Source of the DNA: an uncultured virus (IMG/VR IMGVR_UViG_3300009034_002461)
Lineage: Duplodnaviria > Heunggongvirae > Uroviricota > Caudoviricetes
Length of the DNA: 20,000 bases
Strand: one strand, 5' to 3'
IMG/VR virus record: IMGVR_UViG_3300009034_002461
Shown: piece after piece, positions 1 through 8,840 of the stretch
Numbering within the stretch: the first letter of the stretch is position 1
Layout: every line of letters begins with the position of its first letter
Program-made: the position numbers and the translations under genes
The notes under the pieces: generated by a model
Database searches by the model: none
The model's input: only the letters and a program-made list of their open reading frames with translations
Told to the model about the DNA's origin: nothing

Positions 1-186
1 CAATTCAAGCACCCTAACAGTAGAATATTCTTTTACTTCTTCAATTATTAGTGAACTTTTTGTAAGCTTTTCAATTAACCTAACACTCTTTCTCAATCTC
101 TCAATCTTTTTAATATCTGCATTTATTTTTTCAATTATTTTAATACATTCTGCAAGTTCTTCAACTATTTTATTTATATTTAACAT
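1..186 (-). CDS. Class I SAM-dependent methyltransferase, N-terminal part (runs off window)
   Basis: Not in ORF track. ATG at 186 overlaps the stop of the 180-692 gene and follows AAGGAAGG. Translates MLNINKIVEEL...ERLRKSVRLIEKL...STVRVLEL, ending at a motif-I-like VLEL; resembles the N-termini of 6805-7434 and 7445-8071. Confidence 0.6.
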   Translation of the reverse strand, partial: MLNINKIVEELAECIKIIEKINADIKKIERLRKSVRLIEKLTKSSLIIEEVKEYSTVRVLEL

Positions 187-692
187 AAGTTACCTTCCTT
201 AAAAATTTTCTTTCTTAATTTTTCAAGTTTATTATATTCTTTACCTAAATCATGACTAATTAACCAGTCTTTATCCCAGCATCTTTTTTTTCTTTTACAA
301 ACATCATAGAACTTTTCTGGAATATAAACTGGAATTGTTTTTATATTAAACCATAAACAACAAGCAGTCCTATGATTTCCTCCGCACATTTTATAATTAT
401 TATTCATAATAATATATGGTTTATATTCTTCTACAAATCCATTTTTCTCAAATGATTTTATAATTTTAATAAACTTGTCACTCCTTTCATCGACTTTTCT
501 ATATTTATAAAATTTAGAATATAATTTATATCTGAATTTTTTTGGACAATTATTAGCATAAAAGTTTTTGACAAATAAATATCTAACCATTAAATCATAT
601 CGATAAAATTTACCATCCTTAAATTGCTTGGATAAAAAATAACCCAAATCGATATATTTCTTTTCCATTTTATCGAAATCACGATGTATCAT
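180..692 (-). CDS. ParB/sulfiredoxin-fold protein, paralog 5 of 5
   Basis: Motifs KFYRYDL, IIKSFEKNGF, CGGNHR, WFNIKTIPV; same pattern as four neighbours. True start may be the ATG at 668. Confidence 0.7.
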   Translation of the reverse strand: MIHRDFDKMEKKYIDLGYFLSKQFKDGKFYRYDLMVRYLFVKNFYANNCPKKFRYKLYSKFYKYRKVDERSDKFIKIIKSFEKNGFVEEYKPYIIMNNNYKMCGGNHRTACCLWFNIKTIPVYIPEKFYDVCKRKKRCWDKDWLISHDLGKEYNKLEKLRKKIFKEGNLC

Positions 693-1167
693 TTACCCCA
701 ACCCTTTTTAATATAATCTTTTTAGTTTTTTTCAATTGTGAAAAATATTTTTCAAAACCATTTTTTCTCATCCATGCCGATGAGTGTCTTCTTTTTCTAT
801 CTCGACAACGCTCATTAAATACAACTGGCACTTCTTTTATTCCAAACCAAATAGACAGAACAATCCTGTGGCTTCCCGAACATATATAATGTCTTTTATT
901 CATCGTAATAGGAAATTCTTTGTCATATCCTTTTTCCTCAAACGAAGAAATCAATGAAAAAAACTTACTATATTCTTTTTTTATATGTTTTTTAGAAACT
1001 TCTTTTGCTTTGTATATTAAATCGTATGGTTTATATCTGAATGATTTTGGTTTGCCTTTTTTGTAAAAATTTTTTATAAATAGATATATGACAACTAAAT
1101 CATATCTCAAAAATTTTCCGCCTTTAAATTGGCTATTAATAATATTTTTAACTAATATATTTCTCAT
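679..1167 (-). CDS. ParB/sulfiredoxin-fold protein, paralog 4 of 5
   Basis: KFLRYDL, LISSFEEKGYDKEFP, CSGSHR, WFGIKEVPV. Confidence 0.7.
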   Translation of the reverse strand: MRNILVKNIINSQFKGGKFLRYDLVVIYLFIKNFYKKGKPKSFRYKPYDLIYKAKEVSKKHIKKEYSKFFSLISSFEEKGYDKEFPITMNKRHYICSGSHRIVLSIWFGIKEVPVVFNERCRDRKRRHSSAWMRKNGFEKYFSQLKKTKKIILKRVGVNDTS

Positions 1168-1631
1168 TCCACGATGCCTATTGTCTTAAATAATTTATTT
1201 TTTGCTCTATTTATAACTTGCATGTTATTTTGAAAGCCATTATCTTCCAACCACTTTTTATTAAATCGTCTTCTTTTTCTTTTACACGATTCATTTTTAA
1301 TAAATGGAATTTCATTTATATCCAAGTACAAACATATGGCTATTCTGTGTGTGCCTCCACAAATATGATAATCTTTACTAAATTCCAATGGATATTTTTT
1401 ATCATATCCTTTTTTCTCAAATGAATCAATTAATTTGATAAATCTTTTACTCCTATCTTTTATCCCTCTTGCGGCAGATAATTTTGAATACAATTTGTAT
1501 TTAAAATCATCTGGTTTATTTTGTTTGTAAAATTCTTTAACAAATAAATATCTTATAATAATATCATATTTGCAAAATTTACCCTTTTCATATTGATTTT
1601 TCAAAATGGTTTTTAAATCTATATAATTCAT
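1164..1631 (-). CDS. ParB/sulfiredoxin-fold protein, paralog 3 of 5
   Basis: KFCKYDI, LIDSFEKKGYDKKYP, CGGTHR; ATGA overlaps with both neighbours. Confidence 0.7.
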   Translation of the reverse strand: MNYIDLKTILKNQYEKGKFCKYDIIIRYLFVKEFYKQNKPDDFKYKLYSKLSAARGIKDRSKRFIKLIDSFEKKGYDKKYPLEFSKDYHICGGTHRIAICLYLDINEIPFIKNESCKRKRRRFNKKWLEDNGFQNNMQVINRAKNKLFKTIGIVE

Positions 1632-2110
1632 ATTATATTCAATTTTTTAAATATCTTTTTCTTTGTTTCTTTTATATCTGGCATATATTTTTTAAAACCA
1701 TATTCGATCATTTTTTCTCTAGTATATTTTCTTTTTTTCTTTCTATAATGTTCTCTATATATGACAGGAAATTCTTTTATATTAAACCAAAGACATAACG
1801 CTATTCTGTGTTTGCCACCACCAGTTATATAATCACGAGTCATATACAAAGGATATTTTTTATCGTATCCTTTTTTCTCAAATGATTTAATTAAAGCAAT
1901 AAATTTCCTGGGTTGAGCGTCTCGTTCTCTTGTTTTTATTATCAATTCATATGGAGTAAAATATAAATCTTTTGGCTTTTTCATTTCGTAATACTTTTCT
2001 ATAAAAAGATATTTCACGATTAAATCATAACGAGAGAATTTATCATTATCTTTTTGATTAGCAATATAATCTTTAGTAAAACAAAATTCGACGACTTCGT
2101 TTACTGTCAT
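1628..2110 (-). CDS. ParB/sulfiredoxin-fold protein, paralog 2 of 5
   Basis: KFSRYDL, LIKSFEKKGYDKKYP, GGGKHR, WFNIKEFPV. Confidence 0.7.
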   Translation of the reverse strand: MTVNEVVEFCFTKDYIANQKDNDKFSRYDLIVKYLFIEKYYEMKKPKDLYFTPYELIIKTRERDAQPRKFIALIKSFEKKGYDKKYPLYMTRDYITGGGKHRIALCLWFNIKEFPVIYREHYRKKKRKYTREKMIEYGFKKYMPDIKETKKKIFKKLNII

Positions 2111-2111
2111 T

Positions 2112-2582
2112 TTATATACCCAATTCCTTAAAAATTTTTCTTTTATACTCTTTTATTGTCTTCATATCCTTTTTAAAGCCATTGTTTTTCATCCAATGAC
2201 CGCTGAACCGATCTTCCTTGCGTTTACATTTTGGATGTAATTCTATGGGTATTCTGGGGATTTTAAACCAGATGCAACAAGCGAATCTATGGCTTCCTCC
2301 GCATAAATAATATTCTTTTTTACCAACGCTGATTGGATATTCTTTATCATATCCTTTTTCTTCAAATGAATAAATCAAAGGAATAAAATCCTCCGTCTTT
2401 ATTCTTTTAGTTTTTGCTATTCCTTTATATAATTTATTATATATTTCCCAATTAAAATCATCTGGTTTATTCTGTTTATAAAATCTTTCTATAAACATAC
2501 ATTTTACAATTACGTCATAACGCCAAAATTTTCTATTATTAAACTGTTTTAGCATTAAATTTTTTGTTTTTATCCATTCCAT
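2112..2582 (-). CDS. ParB/sulfiredoxin-fold protein, paralog 1 of 5
   Basis: KFWRYDV, LIYSFEEKGYDKEYP, CGGSHR, WFKIPRIPI. Confidence 0.7.
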   Translation of the reverse strand: MEWIKTKNLMLKQFNNRKFWRYDVIVKCMFIERFYKQNKPDDFNWEIYNKLYKGIAKTKRIKTEDFIPLIYSFEEKGYDKEYPISVGKKEYYLCGGSHRFACCIWFKIPRIPIELHPKCKRKEDRFSGHWMKNNGFKKDMKTIKEYKRKIFKELGI

Positions 2583-2583
2583 T

Positions 2584-3261
2584 TTATTCGATTTTTAAAT
2601 CCTTTTTTATCCAAAGTTGTTCCATATGTTTTTGTTCATTTATATTATCATTACCAAATTTAAATACAAAATTCTCGGAAATTTTATTCATAATTTCTTT
2701 CTTTTTCTGAATGAATTGCCTTGAGTTAAATTTTTTACATTTTCCATGCAACTCTATATATAATACATCAGAAATTTCTAAAAATCTTTTTGTTTTTGAT
2801 TTGAAAATATCAAATTCACAACCTTCGCAATTAATAATTAAATAATGAATTCTTTTAATGTTTTTATTTTCACAAAAGTCATCTAATGTCAAACACGGAA
2901 TTTCTTTTTTCTCGATTTTTGCCCAGGTTTTATTTTTCAAATACTTTTTATGCAAACTATTACTTTGAGATGAGCCTTTCATTTTGTCGTGATTTGCGAC
3001 ATAAAGATTTACAATTCCATTGTACGACGATATGGCTATATTAATTGGAATAATTCCCTTAAATTGTTCAGTATTTTTCTTTAATACTTTAAAATTCTTT
3101 GGACACGCCTCTATACAATATGCAGTATAATTATTTAAACCATCGCAAACTTTTTTAACAACATTTCCCGTATATGCTCCTACATCGACAATCATTGGTT
3201 TATTAATCTTTAATAAATATAGATTAGCAAATTCCATCATTTTATTTTGAATAACACCCAT
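2584..3261 (-). CDS. FkbM-family methyltransferase
   Basis: VDVGAYTG motif I, IEACPKN, TLDDF, INCEGCE (variant of KIDVEGxE), IELH. Confidence 0.85.
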   Translation of the reverse strand: MGVIQNKMMEFANLYLLKINKPMIVDVGAYTGNVVKKVCDGLNNYTAYCIEACPKNFKVLKKNTEQFKGIIPINIAISSYNGIVNLYVANHDKMKGSSQSNSLHKKYLKNKTWAKIEKKEIPCLTLDDFCENKNIKRIHYLIINCEGCEFDIFKSKTKRFLEISDVLYIELHGKCKKFNSRQFIQKKKEIMNKISENFVFKFGNDNINEQKHMEQLWIKKDLKIE

Positions 3262-4166
3262 TATTTTTTCTCCAATACTATATATCTTACAATTTTCTTT
3301 GTTGTTCTATCTCGCCTGGGAATATATTCCTCATGTGATTTAGAACAAAAATAAATAGCATCGTTTGCTGGAATAGTTTCATATATTCCGCGATACCACC
3401 CGCTGCTTTTATATACTTTTATTGGCTTGTATCCCTTTTTCGCAAATAATTTTGGTCTGGCTATTGCCGCTGATATAACATATCTAAAATAAAAACCTAA
3501 TTCGACCATATTTATTAATGCTTTTTTCATATTAAGTTTTTTATTATATAAATGAGGATGCACTTCCATGAAGATTTTAGTGCCAGATTTAGATTTTTCT
3601 GCTGTTTTATGCATTCCATTTAAAATATTTACTTCATGCCCCTCTACATCAAATTCATAAATATCCGGCAATTCTTTATCTTGCAAAAAATTGTCTACAG
3701 TTTGCGTATTAACCATTTTTATATTGCCGGATGAAGCACGATTCTTTGATAAAGAACCCAAATTAGAATGGCCAGAAACAAAAAATTTTGTTTTTTTATC
3801 CATATCTACTTTATCAGATATTGCAATTTTTTTAGTAATTACATTCTTATAATTATTTAATTCTATATTCTTTTTTAGAACTTTATAGTTTTTTGTTTTT
3901 GGCTCAACGGCATAAATTAGACCATTTTTTCCAACTAATTTAGCCAGAATAAGAGTTAAATATCCTATATTCGCTCCTATATCAAAACAAACATGTCCTC
4001 TTTTGACATGTTTTCTTATTAACGACATAAATTCTAATTCTCTTAATTTATATCCATTTGTTTTTCTCAATGTTTTACTTATTCCAGGATCGTCCTTAAT
4101 AAGATACATTTTGTTTTCACCAAAATCTTTCAATATTAAATACATTTTTTTATTATTTTCATACAA
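3261..4166 (-). CDS. FkbM-family methyltransferase
   Basis: FDIGANIG, AVEP, TVDNF, FDVEGHE, MEVHP. True start may be the ATG at 4145, overlapping the upstream stop. Confidence 0.88.
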   Translation of the reverse strand: MYENNKKMYLILKDFGENKMYLIKDDPGISKTLRKTNGYKLRELEFMSLIRKHVKRGHVCFDIGANIGYLTLILAKLVGKNGLIYAVEPKTKNYKVLKKNIELNNYKNVITKKIAISDKVDMDKKTKFFVSGHSNLGSLSKNRASSGNIKMVNTQTVDNFLQDKELPDIYEFDVEGHEVNILNGMHKTAEKSKSGTKIFMEVHPHLYNKKLNMKKALINMVELGFYFRYVISAAIARPKLFAKKGYKPIKVYKSSGWYRGIYETIPANDAIYFCSKSHEEYIPRRDRTTKKIVRYIVLEKK

Positions 4167-5173
4167 TTTTTAATAGCATTAAGTTTTCGTAATTCTTTAT
4201 ATTTCTCTCTAATTTTCAATGCTTTTTTACTTTCTAATACAATGTCATCGTAATTTAGTATTAGATTAGATAATTTGTTTAATTTTGTGTGTTGTGGCCA
4301 GTCAAACCATTTTTTTGTTCTTTCTCTGTGATCTCTATGTTTTTCATAAGAATATTTTGCCATGCCACAGATATTTATCCATTTTTTTTCTGATCCTAAA
4401 AGCCAAATAGTAGTAGAGCTTCCTATATTCAAAATAAATTCATGAGATGCTATATTTTTCATTAAATTTTGATCAGATATATGAATTAGAAAATTATATT
4501 TTGAGACATTCATTATATTCAATGTTTTTTCAATTCCCCTTTTATGACAACATAAATAAGGGACAGGATGTGTTTTTATGGTAATTTTTTTTATACAATC
4601 TGGAATATTATTGAATATACTTTCCATAAAATACATATTATTTCTTCTTGTCTTTTTTTCATCTAAAAATTCTCTAACAGGAGAGACATATCCACGACCA
4701 CCACCGGGATGAATCAATAATAATGAGCCTTTTTCTTCATCAATTTCACTTTGATACTTATCAAATAAATTGCACATAGGATTTCCAACTTTATATTTAT
4801 CTTTTCCATGTCTGCAATAAAAATCATTATAAGGCAATGCAACAAAATCCTTATTATATATTTTTTTATCGAGTGTCAGATAAAAGCCATCAATTTTATT
4901 TTTTAAAGTAGTAAAGTTGACTTTATCGAAGTATTTATATGGAATATTAAAATTATCTATTAAATGTTTTACAGACCCTTTACTTGCTTTTGATGCGTTC
5001 ATAGGTCTATCTAAAAATCTCTTTATATCAAATTTATTTTTATCTTCTTGGACCTCGATCCATAATTCATATCCATTTTTAATAATTGGATCAATAAAAT
5101 GAGCTATTGCTCTGTACCTCTGCATCATTGTTCTTTTAAATACCAATCTTTTAGACATTGTTCCAATTATCAA
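4136..5173 (-). CDS. Putative GT-B transferase with HP motif (resembles bacterial sialyl/Kdo-transferase, capsule-synthesis or glycerophosphotransferase C-terminal domains)
   Basis: ITIKTHP followed by IASHEFILNIGSST matches the 'KxHP ... SS' pattern of CMP/CDP-donor GT-B enzymes; operon context. Confidence 0.45.
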   Translation of the reverse strand: MIIGTMSKRLVFKRTMMQRYRAIAHFIDPIIKNGYELWIEVQEDKNKFDIKRFLDRPMNASKASKGSVKHLIDNFNIPYKYFDKVNFTTLKNKIDGFYLTLDKKIYNKDFVALPYNDFYCRHGKDKYKVGNPMCNLFDKYQSEIDEEKGSLLLIHPGGGRGYVSPVREFLDEKKTRRNNMYFMESIFNNIPDCIKKITIKTHPVPYLCCHKRGIEKTLNIMNVSKYNFLIHISDQNLMKNIASHEFILNIGSSTTIWLLGSEKKWINICGMAKYSYEKHRDHRERTKKWFDWPQHTKLNKLSNLILNYDDIVLESKKALKIREKYKELRKLNAIKNCMKIIKKCI

Positions 5174-5840
5174 ATTCCCAATCTAATTCATGCGAACTAT
5201 AAAATTGAGTATTTGGAAAATCTATCACTAAATACTCAAGATGTTTTATCATGGCTTTAGATTTATACCAATCTTCATTTTGATATTCTTTATTTGCTTT
5301 GGTTAAATAATCATTTTTATAAAAATCTATACCAAATAAATATAATTTTTCGGGACTATTTTCCATCAAACATAAATCAATAGCTAAAAGACTTGTCGTT
5401 GGCCACGCTCTTCTGTTTTTGTGTCTGATTTCTAATTTTCCGTTCCTAATCTTCCTCTTTAATTTTTTTATAATATCTTTATAACAATCACATTCTTCCA
5501 TATAATGTTGAATATTTTCCATTCCGACAGAAGGATATCCTCTAGTTTTCATTTTTTGTGGAAGAAATTTTACATCAACTGGGTAAGCATTTTTAAAATC
5601 TTTTGATTCAAATGAATTGCATATTACTTCTCGGATACGAAGTTTTTTATATAACTTTTCAGATAATTGATTCGGACCCCTGCCAACAACATGAATGATA
5701 TTTTTGTTTAAGAAATAATCAATTCCTATTTCTTTTATTTCTTTATTAAAATTATTAATAATATAAATGGCATCAAAATGACATTGAATATCTTTGTAAT
5801 TAATCAAGCTTTTTCCGCGTCCAAGCACAGCACATATCAT
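5151..5840 (-). CDS. GT29/GT42-like (sialyltransferase/Maf-like fold) putative CMP-sugar transferase
   Basis: CAVLGRGKSL...INNF N-terminal motif and PTTSLLAIDLCL...KLYLFGIDFY C-terminal motif. Confidence 0.6.
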   Translation of the reverse strand: MICAVLGRGKSLINYKDIQCHFDAIYIINNFNKEIKEIGIDYFLNKNIIHVVGRGPNQLSEKLYKKLRIREVICNSFESKDFKNAYPVDVKFLPQKMKTRGYPSVGMENIQHYMEECDCYKDIIKKLKRKIRNGKLEIRHKNRRAWPTTSLLAIDLCLMENSPEKLYLFGIDFYKNDYLTKANKEYQNEDWYKSKAMIKHLEYLVIDFPNTQFYSSHELDWEFDNWNNV

Positions 5841-5842
5841 AA

Positions 5843-6802
5843 TTATCTCCCCAATATTTTTTCAAAGAAATCTTTATATTGCAAGGCGATATTATGTATA
5901 TCAATATGTTTATTACTTACTACTATATCTCCTTGAATTGCTCTATGAAAAGCAGCAACGATTATGTTTGTATCAAACTTAGGAGGATTATATAAATCAA
6001 CTGGTTCAAAGTCATATGGTTTATCTATCTTGCAGATTATCCCGCCAGCATGTTTGACAATTTCTTTCGTTCCTCCAACATTATTAGTAATAACTATCTT
6101 TTTAGCACATATTGCTTCAACGACAGAATTAGGACAACAATCAAACCAACATAGATGCACTACGGCATTTGACATTATTAAGTACCTTGCCAAAGAAGCG
6201 AATCTAAGTATTCCAAGATATCTAACTTTAGATGTAGAAAAATATCTTCTAATATGCTTTCTAGATAAACCAGATTGTTTTAAATCGCCAGCAATCCATA
6301 AACACGAATTTGGGATTTCGGCATGCAAAAATGACTTTATTGTTCTTTTTAAACGTTTATGAGGTCGCCATCTTGAAAAAGCCAAAAAATTATATTCGAA
6401 ATCAGATTCGGCTGGTTTTATGGAAGAAAAATATTCAGGATCTGCTCCATTTAATATTACTTTACTAGGTATATCAAATTTATGTATATATCTTCTTACC
6501 ATATTTTTACTAAATTCTGATTGATATATGACAGCATCAGCTTCTTTACTATGCTTTTTAATATCATAATTCAATTCTTTATATGATATTGCTGTATTAT
6601 GATAAACGCCATTAAACCTGACAACTTTTAGTTTGGCATTTGTTTTTTTCTTTATTTTAATAAGATGTAATGATATATCATGGGGTTTTTTGGGATTACT
6701 TGTTATGTCCACGCCAAGATTTTTCAAAGCATCTGATAATCTTAACATAAAAAGCCCCTTGCCTGTTTTTGCATGTTTATTAAGTGGTAAATATATTTTC
6801 AT
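5843..6802 (-). CDS. Glycosyltransferase, GT4-like (GT-B)
   Basis: IYQSEFS, ILNGAD, WRPHKR, DCCPNSVVEA, GGTKE. Confidence 0.88.
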   Translation of the reverse strand: MKIYLPLNKHAKTGKGLFMLRLSDALKNLGVDITSNPKKPHDISLHLIKIKKKTNAKLKVVRFNGVYHNTAISYKELNYDIKKHSKEADAVIYQSEFSKNMVRRYIHKFDIPSKVILNGADPEYFSSIKPAESDFEYNFLAFSRWRPHKRLKRTIKSFLHAEIPNSCLWIAGDLKQSGLSRKHIRRYFSTSKVRYLGILRFASLARYLIMSNAVVHLCWFDCCPNSVVEAICAKKIVITNNVGGTKEIVKHAGGIICKIDKPYDFEPVDLYNPPKFDTNIIVAAFHRAIQGDIVVSNKHIDIHNIALQYKDFFEKILGR

Positions 6803-6804
6803 AA

Positions 6805-7434
6805 TTAATTATAGAACATTAAGTTTGGCCATCTCGTATCCTTATTGCGAATCTTTATATCAGAGAAATAAGGAGAAAAGAGATTCTTTACCTGTTTTAT
6901 ATTATACAATCCCAATTCATTAGCTGGTTTACCTGGCTTAATATCTTCGGATATTTCTGGGTGGACTCCCACAATCAATAATTGTATATTTGGTAAAATA
7001 TCACGCATCATATTTATCTCTTCATTATTTAAATGATGTAAAACTTGAAATACCATTATGGCGTTTATATTATCGTTAAAAAATTGTTTATCTTTCACAT
7101 AATCAAAAAAACTCATATAATAAAAACTACAATTTTTAACATGAAAATATTTGCTAGCAAATTTTGCTTTTTTTATAACTTTTTTTTCTCTATCTATATC
7201 TATTCCAATAACATTTTTGAACTTTTTAGAAGCTACAATTGAATATACTCCATTATTACAGCCAACATCTAAAACATTCAATGATGAGCAAAGAGAATTA
7301 CTAATTGAATTTATGAATTTTATAGCACCCGTTAAACGTTTATTGAGTTTCTGGTGACCGCCCTTGCCATTAATTTCTATCCACTTCTCCTTTAATTTTG
7401 GATATAATTTTTTAAATTTCTTAACTGTAATCAT
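6805..7434 (-). CDS. Class I SAM-dependent methyltransferase (paralog of 7445-8071)
   Basis: VLDVGCNNG, VIGIDID, FQVLHHL. Confidence 0.85.
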   Translation of the reverse strand: MITVKKFKKLYPKLKEKWIEINGKGGHQKLNKRLTGAIKFINSISNSLCSSLNVLDVGCNNGVYSIVASKKFKNVIGIDIDREKKVIKKAKFASKYFHVKNCSFYYMSFFDYVKDKQFFNDNINAIMVFQVLHHLNNEEINMMRDILPNIQLLIVGVHPEISEDIKPGKPANELGLYNIKQVKNLFSPYFSDIKIRNKDTRWPNLMFYN

Positions 7435-7444
7435 TATTCGAACC

Positions 7445-8071
7445 TTATTTAGTTATAATTAATGTTGGCCATCTTGTAGATAAATTACGGACTTTTATTT
7501 TTGTAAAAAATGGAGAAAAATAATCAGTCGCCTGTTTAATTGTATATAATCCCAATTTATTTGCTGGCTTTCCTGGTTCAATTCTATCCCCGACTTCAGG
7601 ACGCACACTTATAATAAGAATTTTTATATCAGGCAATAATTGTTTCAACATAAATATTTCATCGTCATCTAAATGATATAAAACCTGAAAACCGAGAATG
7701 GCTTTGATTTTATCATGCTCAAATTTTCCACTATCAACATATTTAAAGAAACCCATTTTATGAAAAGAACAATTTTGCCTATGAAAAAAATTAGCAGCTA
7801 TTTTTGCTTTTTTAATAACACTTTTAGAATCACGATCAGTATCTATCCCAATAACTTTTTTAAATTTATAAGAAGCCGCGACAGATAATATGCCACAATT
7901 GCATCCGATGTCCAAAGCATTACAAGAATATTGGCTTAATTTATTAATTTGTTTTACTGCATTAAATAATCTTTCATTGGGTTTTTGATAATTACCCCTT
8001 TTGTTAACTTTTTTTTGCCAAGATGATTTCAGTTCTGGATATCTTTTCTCTATTTTGCGTTTAGCTAACAT
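7445..8071 (-). CDS. Class I SAM-dependent methyltransferase (paralog of 6805-7434)
   Basis: ALDIGCNCG, VIGIDTD, FQVLYHL; shares PGKPANxLGLYxIKQ and TRWP with neighbour. Confidence 0.85.
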   Translation of the reverse strand: MLAKRKIEKRYPELKSSWQKKVNKRGNYQKPNERLFNAVKQINKLSQYSCNALDIGCNCGILSVAASYKFKKVIGIDTDRDSKSVIKKAKIAANFFHRQNCSFHKMGFFKYVDSGKFEHDKIKAILGFQVLYHLDDDEIFMLKQLLPDIKILIISVRPEVGDRIEPGKPANKLGLYTIKQATDYFSPFFTKIKVRNLSTRWPTLIITK

Positions 8072-8081
8072 AGGAATCTCA

Positions 8082-8840
8082 TTAATCGTCTAAAAATTTA
8101 GTATTTTTCCTTGTAATCCCTTCTCTTCTTCTTAACTTATCTTGTTTATTTAATATTCTGGTGACTTTATCATTGTATTTTTTATTCTTTTTTCTCATAC
8201 TCATCATAGATTTTTTATGGCATCTATAATAAGCAGCGTCAATATTTATAAACTTTTTAGAAACTCTTTGCAATTCATTATCATTATGACCGAATAATCT
8301 CCACCACATTTCTTTATCTGCTCTAGATCTTAATTTTTCGTCATACAATCCGAATTTCCTATGAATGTTTTTTTTATACAATACTGTTTGAGCATGAATT
8401 CTCGCATGACCTCTCACTGCATTTTTGTGATTTATCTTATACGCTTGTTTTAAACTTGTATTATATTCTACGTTAATAGCTTTTGCATGAACGAAATCAA
8501 CCTTATAATCTAGCAACCCAAATACCCTTCTTGAAATAGATTTTTCGGTCATCATATCATCAGCATCTAATACAGTTATAATTTTGCCTTTAGAATGCGT
8601 TATCCCAATGTTTTTAGCAACTGAATAGCCAGAATTAACTGGTGTCTTTAACAGAGTTATATTATCTGCGCGATCTTGTAATGACTTAACTATCTTAACA
8701 GAATTATCAGTAGAACAATCATTGATTACAATTATTTCAAAATTTCCATAATCTTGTCTAAGTATAGATTTTAAACACCATTTTATATATTGTTCATAGT
8801 TATATAGCGGAACTATAACGCTTACTAATGGGCGCCCCAT
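8082..8840 (-). CDS. Glycosyltransferase family 2
   Basis: VSVIVPLYN, INDCSTD, NSGYSVAKN, LDADD. Confidence 0.92.
   Translation of the reverse strand: MGRPLVSVIVPLYNYEQYIKWCLKSILRQDYGNFEIIVINDCSTDNSVKIVKSLQDRADNITLLKTPVNSGYSVAKNIGITHSKGKIITVLDADDMMTEKSISRRVFGLLDYKVDFVHAKAINVEYNTSLKQAYKINHKNAVRGHARIHAQTVLYKKNIHRKFGLYDEKLRSRADKEMWWRLFGHNDNELQRVSKKFINIDAAYYRCHKKSMMSMRKKNKKYNDKVTRILNKQDKLRRREGITRKNTKFLDD

Noticed and set aside
180..2582. Partition (ParABS) system, CRISPR array or DGR explanation for the repeated units
   Set aside because: The units are diverged protein-coding paralogs. There is no ParA, HTH domain, regular repeat-spacer pattern or reverse transcriptase.
4070..4166. Short repeated peptide NKKMYLILKD / ENKMYLIKDD at the FkbM N-terminus
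   Set aside because: Only two short imperfect copies in A-rich overlap sequence, and part may lie upstream of the true start.
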